Below, in pieces: positions 8,367 to 18,033 of a DNA stretch of 32,011 nt. The DNA is from a virus (taxonomy: Duplodnaviria > Heunggongvirae > Uroviricota > Caudoviricetes). The notes beneath the pieces were generated by a model, which worked only from the letters and a program-made list of their open reading frames with translations, did no database searches and was not told where the DNA came from. Made by a program: the position numbers and the translations under genes. The DNA lies in the IMG/VR virus record IMGVR_UViG_2695420503_000024, positions 1 through 32,011 of that record; one strand, 5' to 3'. Positions within the stretch are counted from its first letter, which is position 1; the number at the start of each line of letters is the position of its first letter.

Positions 8367-9493
8367 GATTTGTACTCACTCATTTTCCGACTGACAATTT
8401 ACGTAGCCCAAACGCTATCAAATATGACAGTCTGCTTTGAGCGAAAAGCGGACATTCCTGTACAAAGCATGGCGTTGGAATACAGTCAGATCATTGATTA
8501 ATAAGTGAGTCGAATCAGAACAGTAGCCAATGAAACAAAAAATTCGCAAACGTAACCAAGACTGGATATCAAGGCAATTGAAACGTGCGCAAAAGAGGAA
8601 ATGCCGTTAAGTTTCTTTATTAACTTTCCCTCAATATGAGCAACTGCTTGTAATTGTGTGCGCCTTAAACGGCATGGTCGTCTCAAGCCGGACTGGAGTC
8701 GCGCATTGTTTCATTAGGGTTGGGGAGAAGTGCCTATTGTTGGGCAAAAAGTAGTGTTTACTGGTTTGAGGGATTTGATAAGGAGCAATTGCCTGTTGAA
8801 TGGGGGGCGCTGTGGGAAGATGCCTGAATATATTGGTTTTGATTTGATCTCACAGTGCAACACACAATCAACTCTTACAGCCTGCTGTGAGCAAAAATTG
8901 CACATTTCTAACAGCCTTCCGTGTGAATCAACGGGGAGCAGGTCACTGGCACAGAGGGGACGTTTAACCCCGTCCGGCCTCCGCTGAATTGGCTGCCAAT
9001 TCCGTCCGGTCGTACCTGCCTGAGCCGTCTACTTCAGTAAAAACTGAATCAGCATAGCAAACATATATACTGTCGCTGCAATTTGTATTGTTCGCACTCC
9101 CCATCTGAGATATCGCCATTTATGACGTTCTCTGGCATCGGCTTCTTCAATGGTGGATTCAGTATGCTTTCTTCTCTTTGTCCTGAATGGATCAATTACC
9201 CATAGGGCAAGAATAAAGAGAACGATTGTTTTCTGAAGTATGGGATGATCCACGAAGAGTGACTCCGGCCTGCTCGCTGATACAATCAGAATAGATGAAC
9301 AATCCCGAAATAATCAACACTAAATGTATGGCAATTATTTATTTTCGTCCTGGCTGGACTTTGTGACCTGCTCCCAACAAATTAACATAGCACAATGTAA
9401 GCAAGTTCTGCTTTTGGCACAGAGCGGACGGTCAGATTAGGCTTTACTCTGTGCCATAGATATGTAAGCTCCCACCAGAGCTTATACAACTTA
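8367..9493. other. Variable cargo locus at the P2 Z/fun position, with no intact large ORF
   Basis: About 1.1 kb between the FI operon and the G stop; lower GC than the flanks; only short overlapping ORFs of 85 aa or less. Confidence 0.6.
9029..9253 (-). CDS. Hypothetical small protein (74 aa) with two predicted hydrophobic helices; GTG start
   Basis: N-terminal TIVLFILALWVI and C-terminal IQIAATVYMFAMLIQFLL hydrophobic segments flank a charged loop; GGAG lies ~10 nt upstream of the GTG. No ATG start, so it may not be translated. Confidence 0.25.
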   Translation of the reverse strand: MDHPILQKTIVLFILALWVIDPFRTKRRKHTESTIEEADARERHKWRYLRWGVRTIQIAATVYMFAMLIQFLLK

Positions 9494-10018
9494 TTACGGC
9501 ATTTCCGGCCATTCAGGATTTGCAGGATCCACACGGCTGACCAGAACGCTGTAGCGTTCCCATGACTCCAGTCGTGCGCGTTCCTCATCCGTCGCCATAT
9601 TCAGCCTGACAGCGCGTTCCAGTGGCTGAATAACGCTTTCCGCTTCGGAAAGTAACGCGGCCTTTTGTGATTCTGCCTGTTGTTGCTGTTCATCTGCCGT
9701 ATAAATCCGTTTAACCACAGCACCATCCTTAAACATCCATTTACCTGAGTCGTCAGCACGTCGGTTGAAGGTAATATCAGGAACCTCAACAACGCTAAAA
9801 CCTTCAGGATTAAGCGTTGAAGCATCTCTGGTGATAGCGACAATAATATTATTTTCATCGTAAACAATCTTTATTGTGTCTGGCTGAAAGTTCTTCACTT
9901 CTTCATACCAGTTTTTCCCGTCTTCAGTGTAAAGCCAGATGACTCCGTGCTTCTTTGTTAACTCATACTGTTCCAGTGTTTTAGCGTTACCCGCTTTTAT
10001 GTTCTTTAAGTGCATCAT
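9494..10018 (-). CDS. G: Tail fiber assembly protein gpG (174 aa)
   Basis: Position directly downstream of H and length match P2 gpG. Confidence 0.85.
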   Translation of the reverse strand: MMHLKNIKAGNAKTLEQYELTKKHGVIWLYTEDGKNWYEEVKNFQPDTIKIVYDENNIIVAITRDASTLNPEGFSVVEVPDITFNRRADDSGKWMFKDGAVVKRIYTADEQQQQAESQKAALLSEAESVIQPLERAVRLNMATDEERARLESWERYSVLVSRVDPANPEWPEMP

Positions 10019-10019
10019 A

Positions 10020-12173
10020 TTAAACGCTCGCTACATTATACCAGGTGCCATTTATATACTTTTGAACGGGTCTGTAATAAACGCCCGCTATATTATCGGC
10101 AGAGTTGGAACCTGTATCCTGAACATTAATACCAGACAATACATGACCTGAAGCGCACTGGAAATTCCATGTTTGCCAGTTGTTCACTCCATAATATTGC
10201 TGTGAACCAAGTCGAACATCTTTCACATATCTGGAATCAAAATTGCCATAGTTGCCGGGAATAACTTGCGAGCCGCAAAGCCAGTTCCCGTTATTATCCA
10301 TGTACGCCTGACCATCGGTGCCATTGGCTGTCCTTGAGTTATTAATCATGTAGATGCCAAATTGCTTGTTCCCCAGTCCACCTATCATGAACTTGCGGTC
10401 GGCGTGATTCTGGCGAAGCAACGCCTGAGCGCTATCAGTGTTAACTATATTTTTCCCAAAGATAGCGTTGTTATCGCGCATCTGAATCCACATACCATTA
10501 CTGCTGTTAATAGCAAAACGGTCTGAAAGTGTCTCCCCTGAAACATTAAGACCACGCCCCATCGAAACAGCGCCAGTAGCGTTATTAATCCATAATGGCC
10601 TTAATCCGTTATAAGTCCCCATGTTGTCACCGGAGTTTGTCAACATGAAGTATGTATTTGAACCATCATTACGAATAAAGAATCCGTAATTACCATAAGC
10701 AATACGTAGGCCGTTTGCTGATTTTGATATGACTTCGCCATTTACAATGGCATTGACAAGAACATACAAAGCATCCCATTTAAGATTCATCAGGTCTTTT
10801 GTTGTAGTACTCTGGCGGCTTCTCCATTTGAAATATTCATTGCCGTTATCCCCCGTTTCAAACCACATGAATGAATCAGTGTCACCATCGGCATCATTTT
10901 TAAATCCAATCTTCGCCCAGTCAGTATTTCGAATCCAGGCAAGGATTGAGTCGTTTTCAAAAGTAAGTCCACCGGACAAGGTATCGCCATTTTTTTGCAC
11001 GGCGTTCCCGGCTCGGTTTACTGTTTCCTGTAAACCGAGATATTCGATAACGGCGGCAACGGTCGATTTAGCCAGAATATCCCGCCCAACTTTTGTCAGG
11101 GTTGCCAGGCTGGCAACATCATTCCCCGTAAAATACGGAAACCTGTCTGCCGCAGTAGCAAGCCCCGCCAGCGCCGTCAGGGTAGCATCTTTCGGTTGCT
11201 TACCCGCAAGCGCATTAGTCATGGTGGTAGCAAAATTCGGGTCATTGCCCAGCGCCGCCGCCAGCTCGTTCAGCGTATTCAGTGCGTCAGGCGACGAGTC
11301 TACAAGGGCGGCAATCGCGGCCATAACGAAAGCCGTGTTTGCGATCTGAGTATTATTCGTTCCCTGTCGCGCAGTTGGCGTCGTTGGCGTTCCGGTCAGT
11401 GCAGGGCTGTTTAATGGCGCTTTTTTGTTCGTTTCATCCATTACCGTCTTAACGGCTTTTGGTGTTGCGGCGAGCGTTTCAGACGTGCTGTTGGTGGCAC
11501 TACTGAGCTGGACAAGGCCTTTTCGCGCTGTGGTGGCGTCCTGTGCGGTATATTTCCCGTTAGCAAGGTCATATGCTGCTTTTACCGCTTTTGGTGTTGC
11601 GGCGAGTGTTTCAGACGTGCTGTTGGTCGCACTGCTTAACTGAGTAAAACCTTTTGCGGTCAGCGAGGCGTCCGGGTGACGTCGTGACTGTTCGTGCTCT
11701 GCAATTTTGTCATCAACATAATCCTGCGTCGCCATCACCGTTGTGGTGTCAATGGTCAGCGCCACTGAGGCCACACTGCTGACGATGATGACCATGCGGC
11801 AGGTCTGCGAACGCCCTGAGCCTTCGGCAAGAGCGGGTTTATAACTTTCGGCCATGTTCGCCACGGCAATTAACGTTCCAGCATCATCGTACAGGCCAAG
11901 CTCACGCATCCAGAAACCGCCCACCTCCGGCGGAATAACCAGCTCTGCGATAATATAATTACTGTTTCGTTTGTCCTGGCTGATTTTGTTCAGCGCATGT
12001 CGCCAGACTTCATGGATAAGCCCGGTCTGTCCGGCATCCGGGACAGGCAATTTACCACCGCCATCCCCGACGGCCATCGTGGTAATGTTGACCTTCCGCC
12101 CTCCCGGTGCGGTTGCCGCTGCCAGCTTTGCTGCACCGGCAGTGGTGATAACGGTTCTGAATTTTGTGCTCAT
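10020..12173 (-). CDS. H: Tail fiber protein gpH (717 aa)
   Basis: Conserved N-terminus, repeated [20 protein letters not shown] motif, and a lower-GC C-terminal part. Confidence 0.88.
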   Translation of the reverse strand: MSTKFRTVITTAGAAKLAAATAPGGRKVNITTMAVGDGGGKLPVPDAGQTGLIHEVWRHALNKISQDKRNSNYIIAELVIPPEVGGFWMRELGLYDDAGTLIAVANMAESYKPALAEGSGRSQTCRMVIIVSSVASVALTIDTTTVMATQDYVDDKIAEHEQSRRHPDASLTAKGFTQLSSATNSTSETLAATPKAVKAAYDLANGKYTAQDATTARKGLVQLSSATNSTSETLAATPKAVKTVMDETNKKAPLNSPALTGTPTTPTARQGTNNTQIANTAFVMAAIAALVDSSPDALNTLNELAAALGNDPNFATTMTNALAGKQPKDATLTALAGLATAADRFPYFTGNDVASLATLTKVGRDILAKSTVAAVIEYLGLQETVNRAGNAVQKNGDTLSGGLTFENDSILAWIRNTDWAKIGFKNDADGDTDSFMWFETGDNGNEYFKWRSRQSTTTKDLMNLKWDALYVLVNAIVNGEVISKSANGLRIAYGNYGFFIRNDGSNTYFMLTNSGDNMGTYNGLRPLWINNATGAVSMGRGLNVSGETLSDRFAINSSNGMWIQMRDNNAIFGKNIVNTDSAQALLRQNHADRKFMIGGLGNKQFGIYMINNSRTANGTDGQAYMDNNGNWLCGSQVIPGNYGNFDSRYVKDVRLGSQQYYGVNNWQTWNFQCASGHVLSGINVQDTGSNSADNIAGVYYRPVQKYINGTWYNVASV

Positions 12174-12183
12174 TATTCCTCAC

Positions 12184-12714
12184 TTATCCGGGGTAAACCG
12201 TAATTACATCGCCGTCGTAAGCCACACCACCGGCGAACAGGTAGCCGGGAATGTCCCGGGTAATGTTCAGGCCAATAAGGTGGCGGCTTGCAGGTTTGGC
12301 ATCAGCAATCAGCCGTTCCATTTCCTGATACATTGCCTCTGTGATGCCACTTTCCAGTACACCAATATCAAGCCGGAAGGTGCCGGGCGGGTCACTGTTT
12401 TCCCACCACTCCGTCACGTTGATGAGATAGCCGAGCGGCTCCACCACACGCCGGATTGCACCTATAGTGCCTTTATGACAGTGGATGAAATACGCATCGC
12501 GGATAACGGCGCGTTTTGTCGCTTCCGGCCACTTCTCATCCCACCTGTCGACCGAAAACGCCCACGCCAGCCACGGCAGCAAATTTGCCGGACAGGTATC
12601 CGGGTTCCACAGCTCACGAATACTGACCGGCGTTTTTTCAATTTCCGCACAGGCTTTTGCGGCGGCGACCTCAAGCGGTGATGAGCCGGTCGGCAGCAGT
12701 CGCGAATCACTCAT
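12184..12714 (-). CDS. I: Baseplate assembly protein gpI (176 aa)
   Basis: Synteny and length match P2 gpI. Confidence 0.85.
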   Translation of the reverse strand: MSDSRLLPTGSSPLEVAAAKACAEIEKTPVSIRELWNPDTCPANLLPWLAWAFSVDRWDEKWPEATKRAVIRDAYFIHCHKGTIGAIRRVVEPLGYLINVTEWWENSDPPGTFRLDIGVLESGITEAMYQEMERLIADAKPASRHLIGLNITRDIPGYLFAGGVAYDGDVITVYPG

Positions 12715-13615
12715 CCGAGCCTCCGGTCACGACGCGGTATTCAGTACAGAAAGACGCCTGCGTACTGTTGAGCACGATGTCGGCCAGTGGTGCAGCCAGT
12801 TCGACACGCTGCACACCTTCCACATGCAAAGCGGCATAAATGGCAGACAGACGGATGTCGCGCCCCAGCCGGTGCTGTGCCGTGATATACGCTTCCAGCT
12901 TTTTCACAGCGGCAGCGCGGATGGGTTCGCTTTCGGGACCAGGGTAAAGGTAAAGCGTGGCGTTTATCTGGTATTCAACGATGGCGGCAGACTGCACGGT
13001 CACGCGGTCGGCCACCGGCCTGACGTCCTCGCCATTAAGGGCGTTACGCACCACAGCCAGCAGGTCTTCGGATGCGACGCCGTTATTTTCACGTGACAGC
13101 ACAGAGATGGTGACACAGGCAGGAGACGGGCTGGTGACAGAGATATCCGCGACACGCCCGTCGGCACTGCGACCATGATACTGATAGGCACCCACCGACC
13201 CGGCGACGCTTAAACCTTCAAACGCCTGCTGAATACGCAGACGATAATCAGTGTCAGATTCCATCACTGCCGGTGTCGGCGGGATAGTCGAATCATCTGC
13301 CGGGGTGATAATCAGGCGCGTGGTGTTGTAATTGGCACCAATCACATCAAGGTCATTACCGGCAGCACAGGCCAGCATCACCGCCCGTGCGGCCTCATTC
13401 ACACGCTGACGCCAGATAAGCTCACGATAAGCATTTTCCTCCAGCAGTTTGACGAGAGGTTCGGATTCCAGCGTCAGGGTACGGGCGACCGCCTCCTGCT
13501 GGTCTTCCGGGTAAAGGGAAATCAGTGTCGCCTTGCGTTCGGCAAGAATGGTTTCAAAGTCCAGCTCCTCGACCACATCCGGTGCGGGTAGCTGGTTCAG
13601 GTCGATAATCGGCAT
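12707..13615 (-). CDS. J: Baseplate protein gpJ (302 aa)
   Basis: Synteny and length match P2 gpJ. Confidence 0.85.
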   Translation of the reverse strand: MPIIDLNQLPAPDVVEELDFETILAERKATLISLYPEDQQEAVARTLTLESEPLVKLLEENAYRELIWRQRVNEAARAVMLACAAGNDLDVIGANYNTTRLIITPADDSTIPPTPAVMESDTDYRLRIQQAFEGLSVAGSVGAYQYHGRSADGRVADISVTSPSPACVTISVLSRENNGVASEDLLAVVRNALNGEDVRPVADRVTVQSAAIVEYQINATLYLYPGPESEPIRAAAVKKLEAYITAQHRLGRDIRLSAIYAALHVEGVQRVELAAPLADIVLNSTQASFCTEYRVVTGGSDE

Positions 13616-13619
13616 GGTT

Positions 13620-13967
13620 TCAACTCACAGGGATGGTTAACGAAAGTGGCTGGCCGGTGTCGTTGTGCTGGCCGGTTAACGTGACCGTCATTCGCCCGTC
13701 AAAACTGCGCTCAGTGGTGACGGATGACAGGATGACGCGGGGTTCCCATTTCAGCACCGCCATGTAACAGGCGACCTTAATCTGCAACTCAAGCGCCGGG
13801 GTCTGCGGCTGGTCAATCATTGATGCCAGCAACGAGCCGTAATCACGACGCATCACCCGTGAGCCGACCGGTGTGCGCAGGATATCGCCGATACTCTGGC
13901 TGATATGCTCAAGGTCAGTGACAGTCAGGCCATCACTGCGATTCATTCCGAGATAACGTGCTGTCAT
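13620..13967 (-). CDS. W: Baseplate wedge protein gpW (115 aa)
   Basis: Synteny and length match P2 gpW. Confidence 0.85.
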   Translation of the reverse strand: MTARYLGMNRSDGLTVTDLEHISQSIGDILRTPVGSRVMRRDYGSLLASMIDQPQTPALELQIKVACYMAVLKWEPRVILSSVTTERSFDGRMTVTLTGQHNDTGQPLSLTIPVS

Positions 13968-14599
13968 AGAGGACTCCCGGTTGTGCCGCCGCTGTCTCCT
14001 GGGTGTTTGTGGGTATGCAGTACCTTACCGTTTGATGAGAGTTCACCGCCGGTGTGTTCAATGTTGCCGCGCATCGTCCCGCCCTTCTGCACTTCCAGCG
14101 TGCCGGTAATCAGCCTGTTGGTGCAGACCACCTCCGGTGTGTCCAGGGTGACACGGGTTGATGCTTTCACCATGACCACCGGCACCGTGGCAGTAACAGA
14201 ATCAGAAGCCGTCACGCTGACCGTTTTAATTCCGCTTACCGTGAGTGCACTGGTTTCGGGTTCATACTCAATCACCGCCCCGTCAGGGAAACGGATATAC
14301 AGGGCATCCGCCGACGCAGACGGCGCGGGGTTATCGCCGGAATAAATCCCCGGCAGAACGAACGCCGTGTCGAGTTCACCGCCCACAGCCAGAATCAGCA
14401 CCTGTTCCCCCACGGAAGGTGCCCACCATGTGCGCGAACGTCCGGCACGATGGGTCAGCCACTGAAGCCAGTCAGTGCACATGCCGCCGGTCTGCACACG
14501 GCAGCGACCGGCGTTAAGGTCGGTTTCGACGACAAGGCCGGTGCGTATCATGTTGCGCAGTGCGCGCGCGAGTTCCTGAATATTTGCGAGAGTGTTCAT
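13964..14599 (-). CDS. V: Baseplate spike/assembly protein gpV (211 aa)
   Basis: Synteny and length match P2 gpV; stop overlaps the W start. Confidence 0.85.
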   Translation of the reverse strand: MNTLANIQELARALRNMIRTGLVVETDLNAGRCRVQTGGMCTDWLQWLTHRAGRSRTWWAPSVGEQVLILAVGGELDTAFVLPGIYSGDNPAPSASADALYIRFPDGAVIEYEPETSALTVSGIKTVSVTASDSVTATVPVVMVKASTRVTLDTPEVVCTNRLITGTLEVQKGGTMRGNIEHTGGELSSNGKVLHTHKHPGDSGGTTGSPL

Positions 14600-14665
14600 A
14601 ACGGGAAGGATGCCGCCGGGTCATACCGGCGGCAATGTGACGATGAGGTGTCAGGAATGGCACAA
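14600..14665 (-). promoter_or_regulatory. Candidate late promoter region (PV position) with an 8-bp inverted repeat GCCGCCGG-N6-CCGGCGGC
   Basis: This is the intergenic gap between S and V, where P2 has its Ogr-dependent PV promoter. A partial TGT-N12-ACC is seen on the minus strand. Confidence 0.3.
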
Positions 14666-15118
14666 CTAACGGTCGAGGTGAGCCAGGATAATCTCTTCAA
14701 TCATCTGCACATCCTCACCGGTAAAGCCGAGCAGAGGACGCGCCGGATAATCAATTTTCTTACCGTCTTTCCGGTTTTCTTCCGACAGACCGAACTGATG
14801 CACACTGGCGATTTTCGGTGACTTCCCGCCGTAAAATTCCATTGATGCCTGTTCCGGGCTGGCGCGGATATGCAAAAAACGACTGGTGATAAGTTTCGCA
14901 AACATTTTTCGCTTAACACGACCGGTCTTTTTTCTGGCGCTCTGCTGCTGGCGTGGCGCGTAGGGTGTGCCGTCCGGGGCTTTCTGTGCCATCACCCGAC
15001 GCTGCTGACTCTGCCGCAGACGCTTCGCCAGCTCTGCACTCAGCCGCCGACGCCCTGACGGTGACAGCGACTCAATAAGTCCGGTCAGCCGGTCTTCAAA
15101 ACGCTTAAACTCATTCAT
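14666..15118 (-). CDS. S: Tail completion protein gpS (150 aa)
   Basis: Synteny and length match P2 gpS. Confidence 0.85.
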   Translation of the reverse strand: MNEFKRFEDRLTGLIESLSPSGRRRLSAELAKRLRQSQQRRVMAQKAPDGTPYAPRQQQSARKKTGRVKRKMFAKLITSRFLHIRASPEQASMEFYGGKSPKIASVHQFGLSEENRKDGKKIDYPARPLLGFTGEDVQMIEEIILAHLDR

Positions 15119-15578
15119 CCCACTTGCTCACCAGTTCGCCATTGATATAAAGCTCCATCGGGCGGGTGACCGGCTCCGGCGGCGTGGGTTCCGGGATATT
15201 CTTCACATGCAGCGCGCCGTCCACCTCACTGACCAGCGTGCGCTCGGTCAGCATCAGGCTGATGCTGATATCAAAGCTGCTGTCATTGTTGATGTCTGCA
15301 TAAAACGTGAAGCCCTTTTTCTGGCCTTCGTCGGTGGTCATGATGTCGGGCTGATTTTCCCGCAGCCACGCCAGCACCGGCACGATGAGCAGGTCAAAAT
15401 CACCGGTAAAGTCGGTCACAATCACATTGAGCGTGTAACGCTTTTCGAATGACAGCGACGTCGCCAGTGTGGAGGCAATACTCCCGTTATCCACGAATAT
15501 CCGCAGCATCTCGGGGCTGGTTTTCAGCACCGTGACGGCATCAGTCAGCGCCCTGCGCAGGCTGTCGGGTTTGAGCAT
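15111..15578 (-). CDS. R: Tail completion protein gpR (155 aa)
   Basis: Synteny and length match P2 gpR. Confidence 0.85.
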   Translation of the reverse strand: MLKPDSLRRALTDAVTVLKTSPEMLRIFVDNGSIASTLATSLSFEKRYTLNVIVTDFTGDFDLLIVPVLAWLRENQPDIMTTDEGQKKGFTFYADINNDSSFDISISLMLTERTLVSEVDGALHVKNIPEPTPPEPVTRPMELYINGELVSKWDE

Positions 15579-15831
15579 CGTTTTCGTCCTGACAGTGTTT
15601 AATCATTTTTACCTGGCTGGCACAGCGTGCCAGCGCGTTCTCAAGCTGCCGGATATCAGCACTTAAATCGCCGTTCGTCTGCGGGTCACTGCCCGGCATC
15701 GGGCAAAGGCTCACTTTCGGGCAGGCGTTGGCGACAATCACTGGCGTCGGTGCAGGCCGGGCGCTGGTGCAACCGGCGCACAGCATCAGGCAGGTCAGCA
15801 CCGTACCAGCGGCGAAAATCTTCGTTTTCAT
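15541..15831 (-). CDS. lysC: LysC (Rz1-like outer-membrane lipoprotein spanin, ~96 aa), in an alternate frame overlapping lysB and R
   Basis: Internal ATG at 15831 with a GAGG RBS; signal peptide MKTKIFAAGTVLTCLMLCAGC with a lipobox, followed by a Pro-rich segment. Confidence 0.65.
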   Translation of the reverse strand: MKTKIFAAGTVLTCLMLCAGCTSARPAPTPVIVANACPKVSLCPMPGSDPQTNGDLSADIRQLENALARCASQVKMIKHCQDENDAQTRQPAQGAD

Positions 15832-16111
15832 TGAGTAACCTCGTGATGGTTTTCTCGCGCTGTGCTTCACGCTTCGCGGCGTTCTCCAGTTCCTGACGCA
15901 GTGCCACCTGCGCCAGCTCGTTTTTGTCTGCCCTGGTGAGCGCAACATGAAGCTGATTTTTCAGCATGGTGATGGTCGTCTGCTGCCCGCTGGCGACATT
16001 GTTTGCCCTGTCCAGCGAGGTGCGCAGGCTGGCGTTTTCATGCTTCACCAGAAACAGACCGGCCACCGCCAGTGATAACAACACAACCAGCACAGTCATC
16101 AGCTTTGACAT
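15686..16111 (-). CDS. lysB: LysB (Rz-like inner-membrane spanin, 141 aa)
   Basis: N-terminal TM helix followed by a coiled-coil periplasmic domain; P2 position and length. Confidence 0.85.
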   Translation of the reverse strand: MSKLMTVLVVLLSLAVAGLFLVKHENASLRTSLDRANNVASGQQTTITMLKNQLHVALTRADKNELAQVALRQELENAAKREAQREKTITRLLNENEDFRRWYGADLPDAVRRLHQRPACTDASDCRQRLPESEPLPDAGQ

Positions 16112-16524
16112 GGTTCCCGCCCCTCAAAACGCTGACGGCAGGCCGTACGTATCAGCCGGAAGAACACCGATGCCACGAGATAAATCAGCGCGGTAAAAAT
16201 CCACCCGGCAGCGACCAGCGAGATAAACGTCGCCACCATCACTACCAGAGCCGCCGCCCGCCTGCGCCACGGCACCGGCTGTAAAAACAGCGACGTGACA
16301 ATCTTCACGGCCAGCGATTCCGGCGGCAGCTCCCGCCCGTAGCGTTCCAGCACATACTCAGTGGCATACACGCCGACACCACCGGCAACCATACAGATAA
16401 CCGTCGCCAGAATCGCCCAGGCGGCGACAAAACTGACGGCCACGCTCTGCGGGTAAATCATGGACAGTGCCGGCATCAGCGCCAGCGACACGTTCAGCAT
16501 CAGTGAAAGGGATAATTTCTTCAT
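16099..16524 (-). CDS. lysA: LysA lysis timing membrane protein (141 aa)
   Basis: Multi-TM hydrophobic protein between K and lysB, as in P2. Confidence 0.8.
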   Translation of the reverse strand: MKKLSLSLMLNVSLALMPALSMIYPQSVAVSFVAAWAILATVICMVAGGVGVYATEYVLERYGRELPPESLAVKIVTSLFLQPVPWRRRAAALVVMVATFISLVAAGWIFTALIYLVASVFFRLIRTACRQRFEGREPCQS

Positions 16525-16538
16525 GGTGTTTACTCCGT

Positions 16539-17036
16539 TTAAGCCGGTACGCCGCCAGCGGTACGCCAGACGGTGACCAGTTTTTCCAGTGAATGCTCAC
16601 GCTGACCGTAACCGGCACCCGGCAGGGACGCCCAGATATTGCGACAGCGTGAAATGGCGCGCTCAATGCGTCCCGCCCGGATGTCATCCAGCGCACCGCG
16701 TTCGCGGATCAACTGAATGGCGAGCCTGTCCTGTGACAACGGACTGAAATCCGGCAGGGCAAGCTGTTTGCGGTAGTGCGGCCAGAACAGGTAAAGCTGC
16801 TGATAGCGACCGGAGGCCGTGGATTTTTCACCGCGACGGTTAAACACCTTCGCCGGTCGGCCATGCGCGAACGGGTGGTCACTGTAGTCGGTGAATATTT
16901 CCGGCTTCCCGTCCAGTCCGGTGACTATCACGTCATAGCCCCGGTTTTTCGTCAGCGGATGATTCGCCGTCCCTTCGGACACGGCCAGCATGTCGAGAAA
17001 GGCGGCGATATTCTGATGCGTGTTAATAACCGGCAT
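16539..17036 (-). CDS. K: Endolysin gpK (165 aa)
   Basis: Position and length match P2 K. Confidence 0.88.
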   Translation of the reverse strand: MPVINTHQNIAAFLDMLAVSEGTANHPLTKNRGYDVIVTGLDGKPEIFTDYSDHPFAHGRPAKVFNRRGEKSTASGRYQQLYLFWPHYRKQLALPDFSPLSQDRLAIQLIRERGALDDIRAGRIERAISRCRNIWASLPGAGYGQREHSLEKLVTVWRTAGGVPA

Positions 17037-17317
17037 TACGGTTTCCCCCTGCCCTTAAAGCGACGCTGAATGGCAATCTCAATCACCTGATAACCGGCGA
17101 TACCCAGCATGGAGCCGATGCCGCACACCGCAGGCAGTGACAGGTCAGGAAACTGCACCAGAACAACACCGGCAACCATCGAGACAAAACCACCGAGCAA
17201 CATACGCCCGATAAACAGACGCGGGGTGATGGGTTCACCACCGGCAAGCACCTTGCCGACAACAATCAGCACCCCAATCATGAAAAGCGACAGGACGCTT
17301 TTTTCTTCTGCTGTCAT
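17036..17317 (-). CDS. Y: Holin gpY (93 aa)
   Basis: Small protein with multiple TM segments and a charged C-terminus, directly upstream of the endolysin. Confidence 0.85.
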   Translation of the reverse strand: MTAEEKSVLSLFMIGVLIVVGKVLAGGEPITPRLFIGRMLLGGFVSMVAGVVLVQFPDLSLPAVCGIGSMLGIAGYQVIEIAIQRRFKGRGKP

Positions 17318-17320
17318 GCG

Positions 17321-17524
17321 TTACTCCCACAGGTTGACAGTTTCAGCCACGGGCGCGGTCTGAACGTCGGGCAGTTCGACGGCGGTGCCGTGCGGCAGCA
17401 CCGCACCCAGTTCAGCCAGTCCCGGATTTGCGGCGAGCACGGTCTCAACCACGCCCTCAGTGCGCCCGTAATACCGGACACAAATGGCGTCGAGCGTGTC
17501 GCCCTGTAGCGCAAAGGTCTTCAT
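17321..17524 (-). CDS. X: Tail protein gpX (67 aa)
   Basis: ATG at 17524 overlaps the L stop (TGATG); MKTFALQGDTLDAICVRYYG... is LysM-like, as in P2 X. Confidence 0.8.
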   Translation of the reverse strand: MKTFALQGDTLDAICVRYYGRTEGVVETVLAANPGLAELGAVLPHGTAVELPDVQTAPVAETVNLWE

Positions 17525-18033
17525 CAGATTTGACTCACGATGCAGCGCGGCTTGTCCTGGATGCGCGCCACCGCCCAGCGCATATCCCGCCACAGCTCAT
17601 CAATGGTGCTGTCAATGCTGTCGGCCTTCTTGTCGCCTTTCGCACTGGCATCCACGCCGCGATAACGCTCATAAAGCGATGCGGTCGCCATCGCACACAC
17701 GGCGCGCTCGTAGTAAAAAACTTTGATGCTTTCACCGTCGATGTCGTCCGCCGGGACGTCCGCCAGACGCGTAAAACCGGCGGCAATTTTCTGTTCGCGG
17801 TACTCGTACAGCTCCGCATTCGTCTCCGCCATGCCTGACTTGATGGCTTCACGCAGACGGGCGGGGGCGACGGTCTGCTCAAGGCGCATACGTTCCCGGA
17901 CGCGCTTCGGGTCGATATCGGGAAAAAAGAACGTGTTTTTAATCACCGGCTCGTCGCCTGCCGGTTGCGGGATGACCACCGTACCCTCACCGGACACGGG
18001 AGCCTCCTTTCGCGGAATAATCAGCGTCATCAT
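17524..18033 (-). CDS. L: Capsid completion protein gpL (169 aa)
   Basis: ATG at 18033 with an AGAGG RBS; length equals P2 gpL. The ORF-track GTG extension was rejected. Confidence 0.85.
   Translation of the reverse strand: MMTLIIPRKEAPVSGEGTVVIPQPAGDEPVIKNTFFFPDIDPKRVRERMRLEQTVAPARLREAIKSGMAETNAELYEYREQKIAAGFTRLADVPADDIDGESIKVFYYERAVCAMATASLYERYRGVDASAKGDKKADSIDSTIDELWRDMRWAVARIQDKPRCIVSQI

Noticed and set aside
8427-8906. Possible CRISPR array or retron in the Z/fun locus
   Set aside because: Only two degenerate repeat copies ~450 bp apart (not a regular repeat-spacer array), and no reverse transcriptase or cas gene exists anywhere in the window.
14600-14665. The GCCGCCGG-N6-CCGGCGGC hairpin as a rho-independent terminator
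   Set aside because: No U-tract follows the stem on either strand; it is kept only as part of a candidate late-promoter region.
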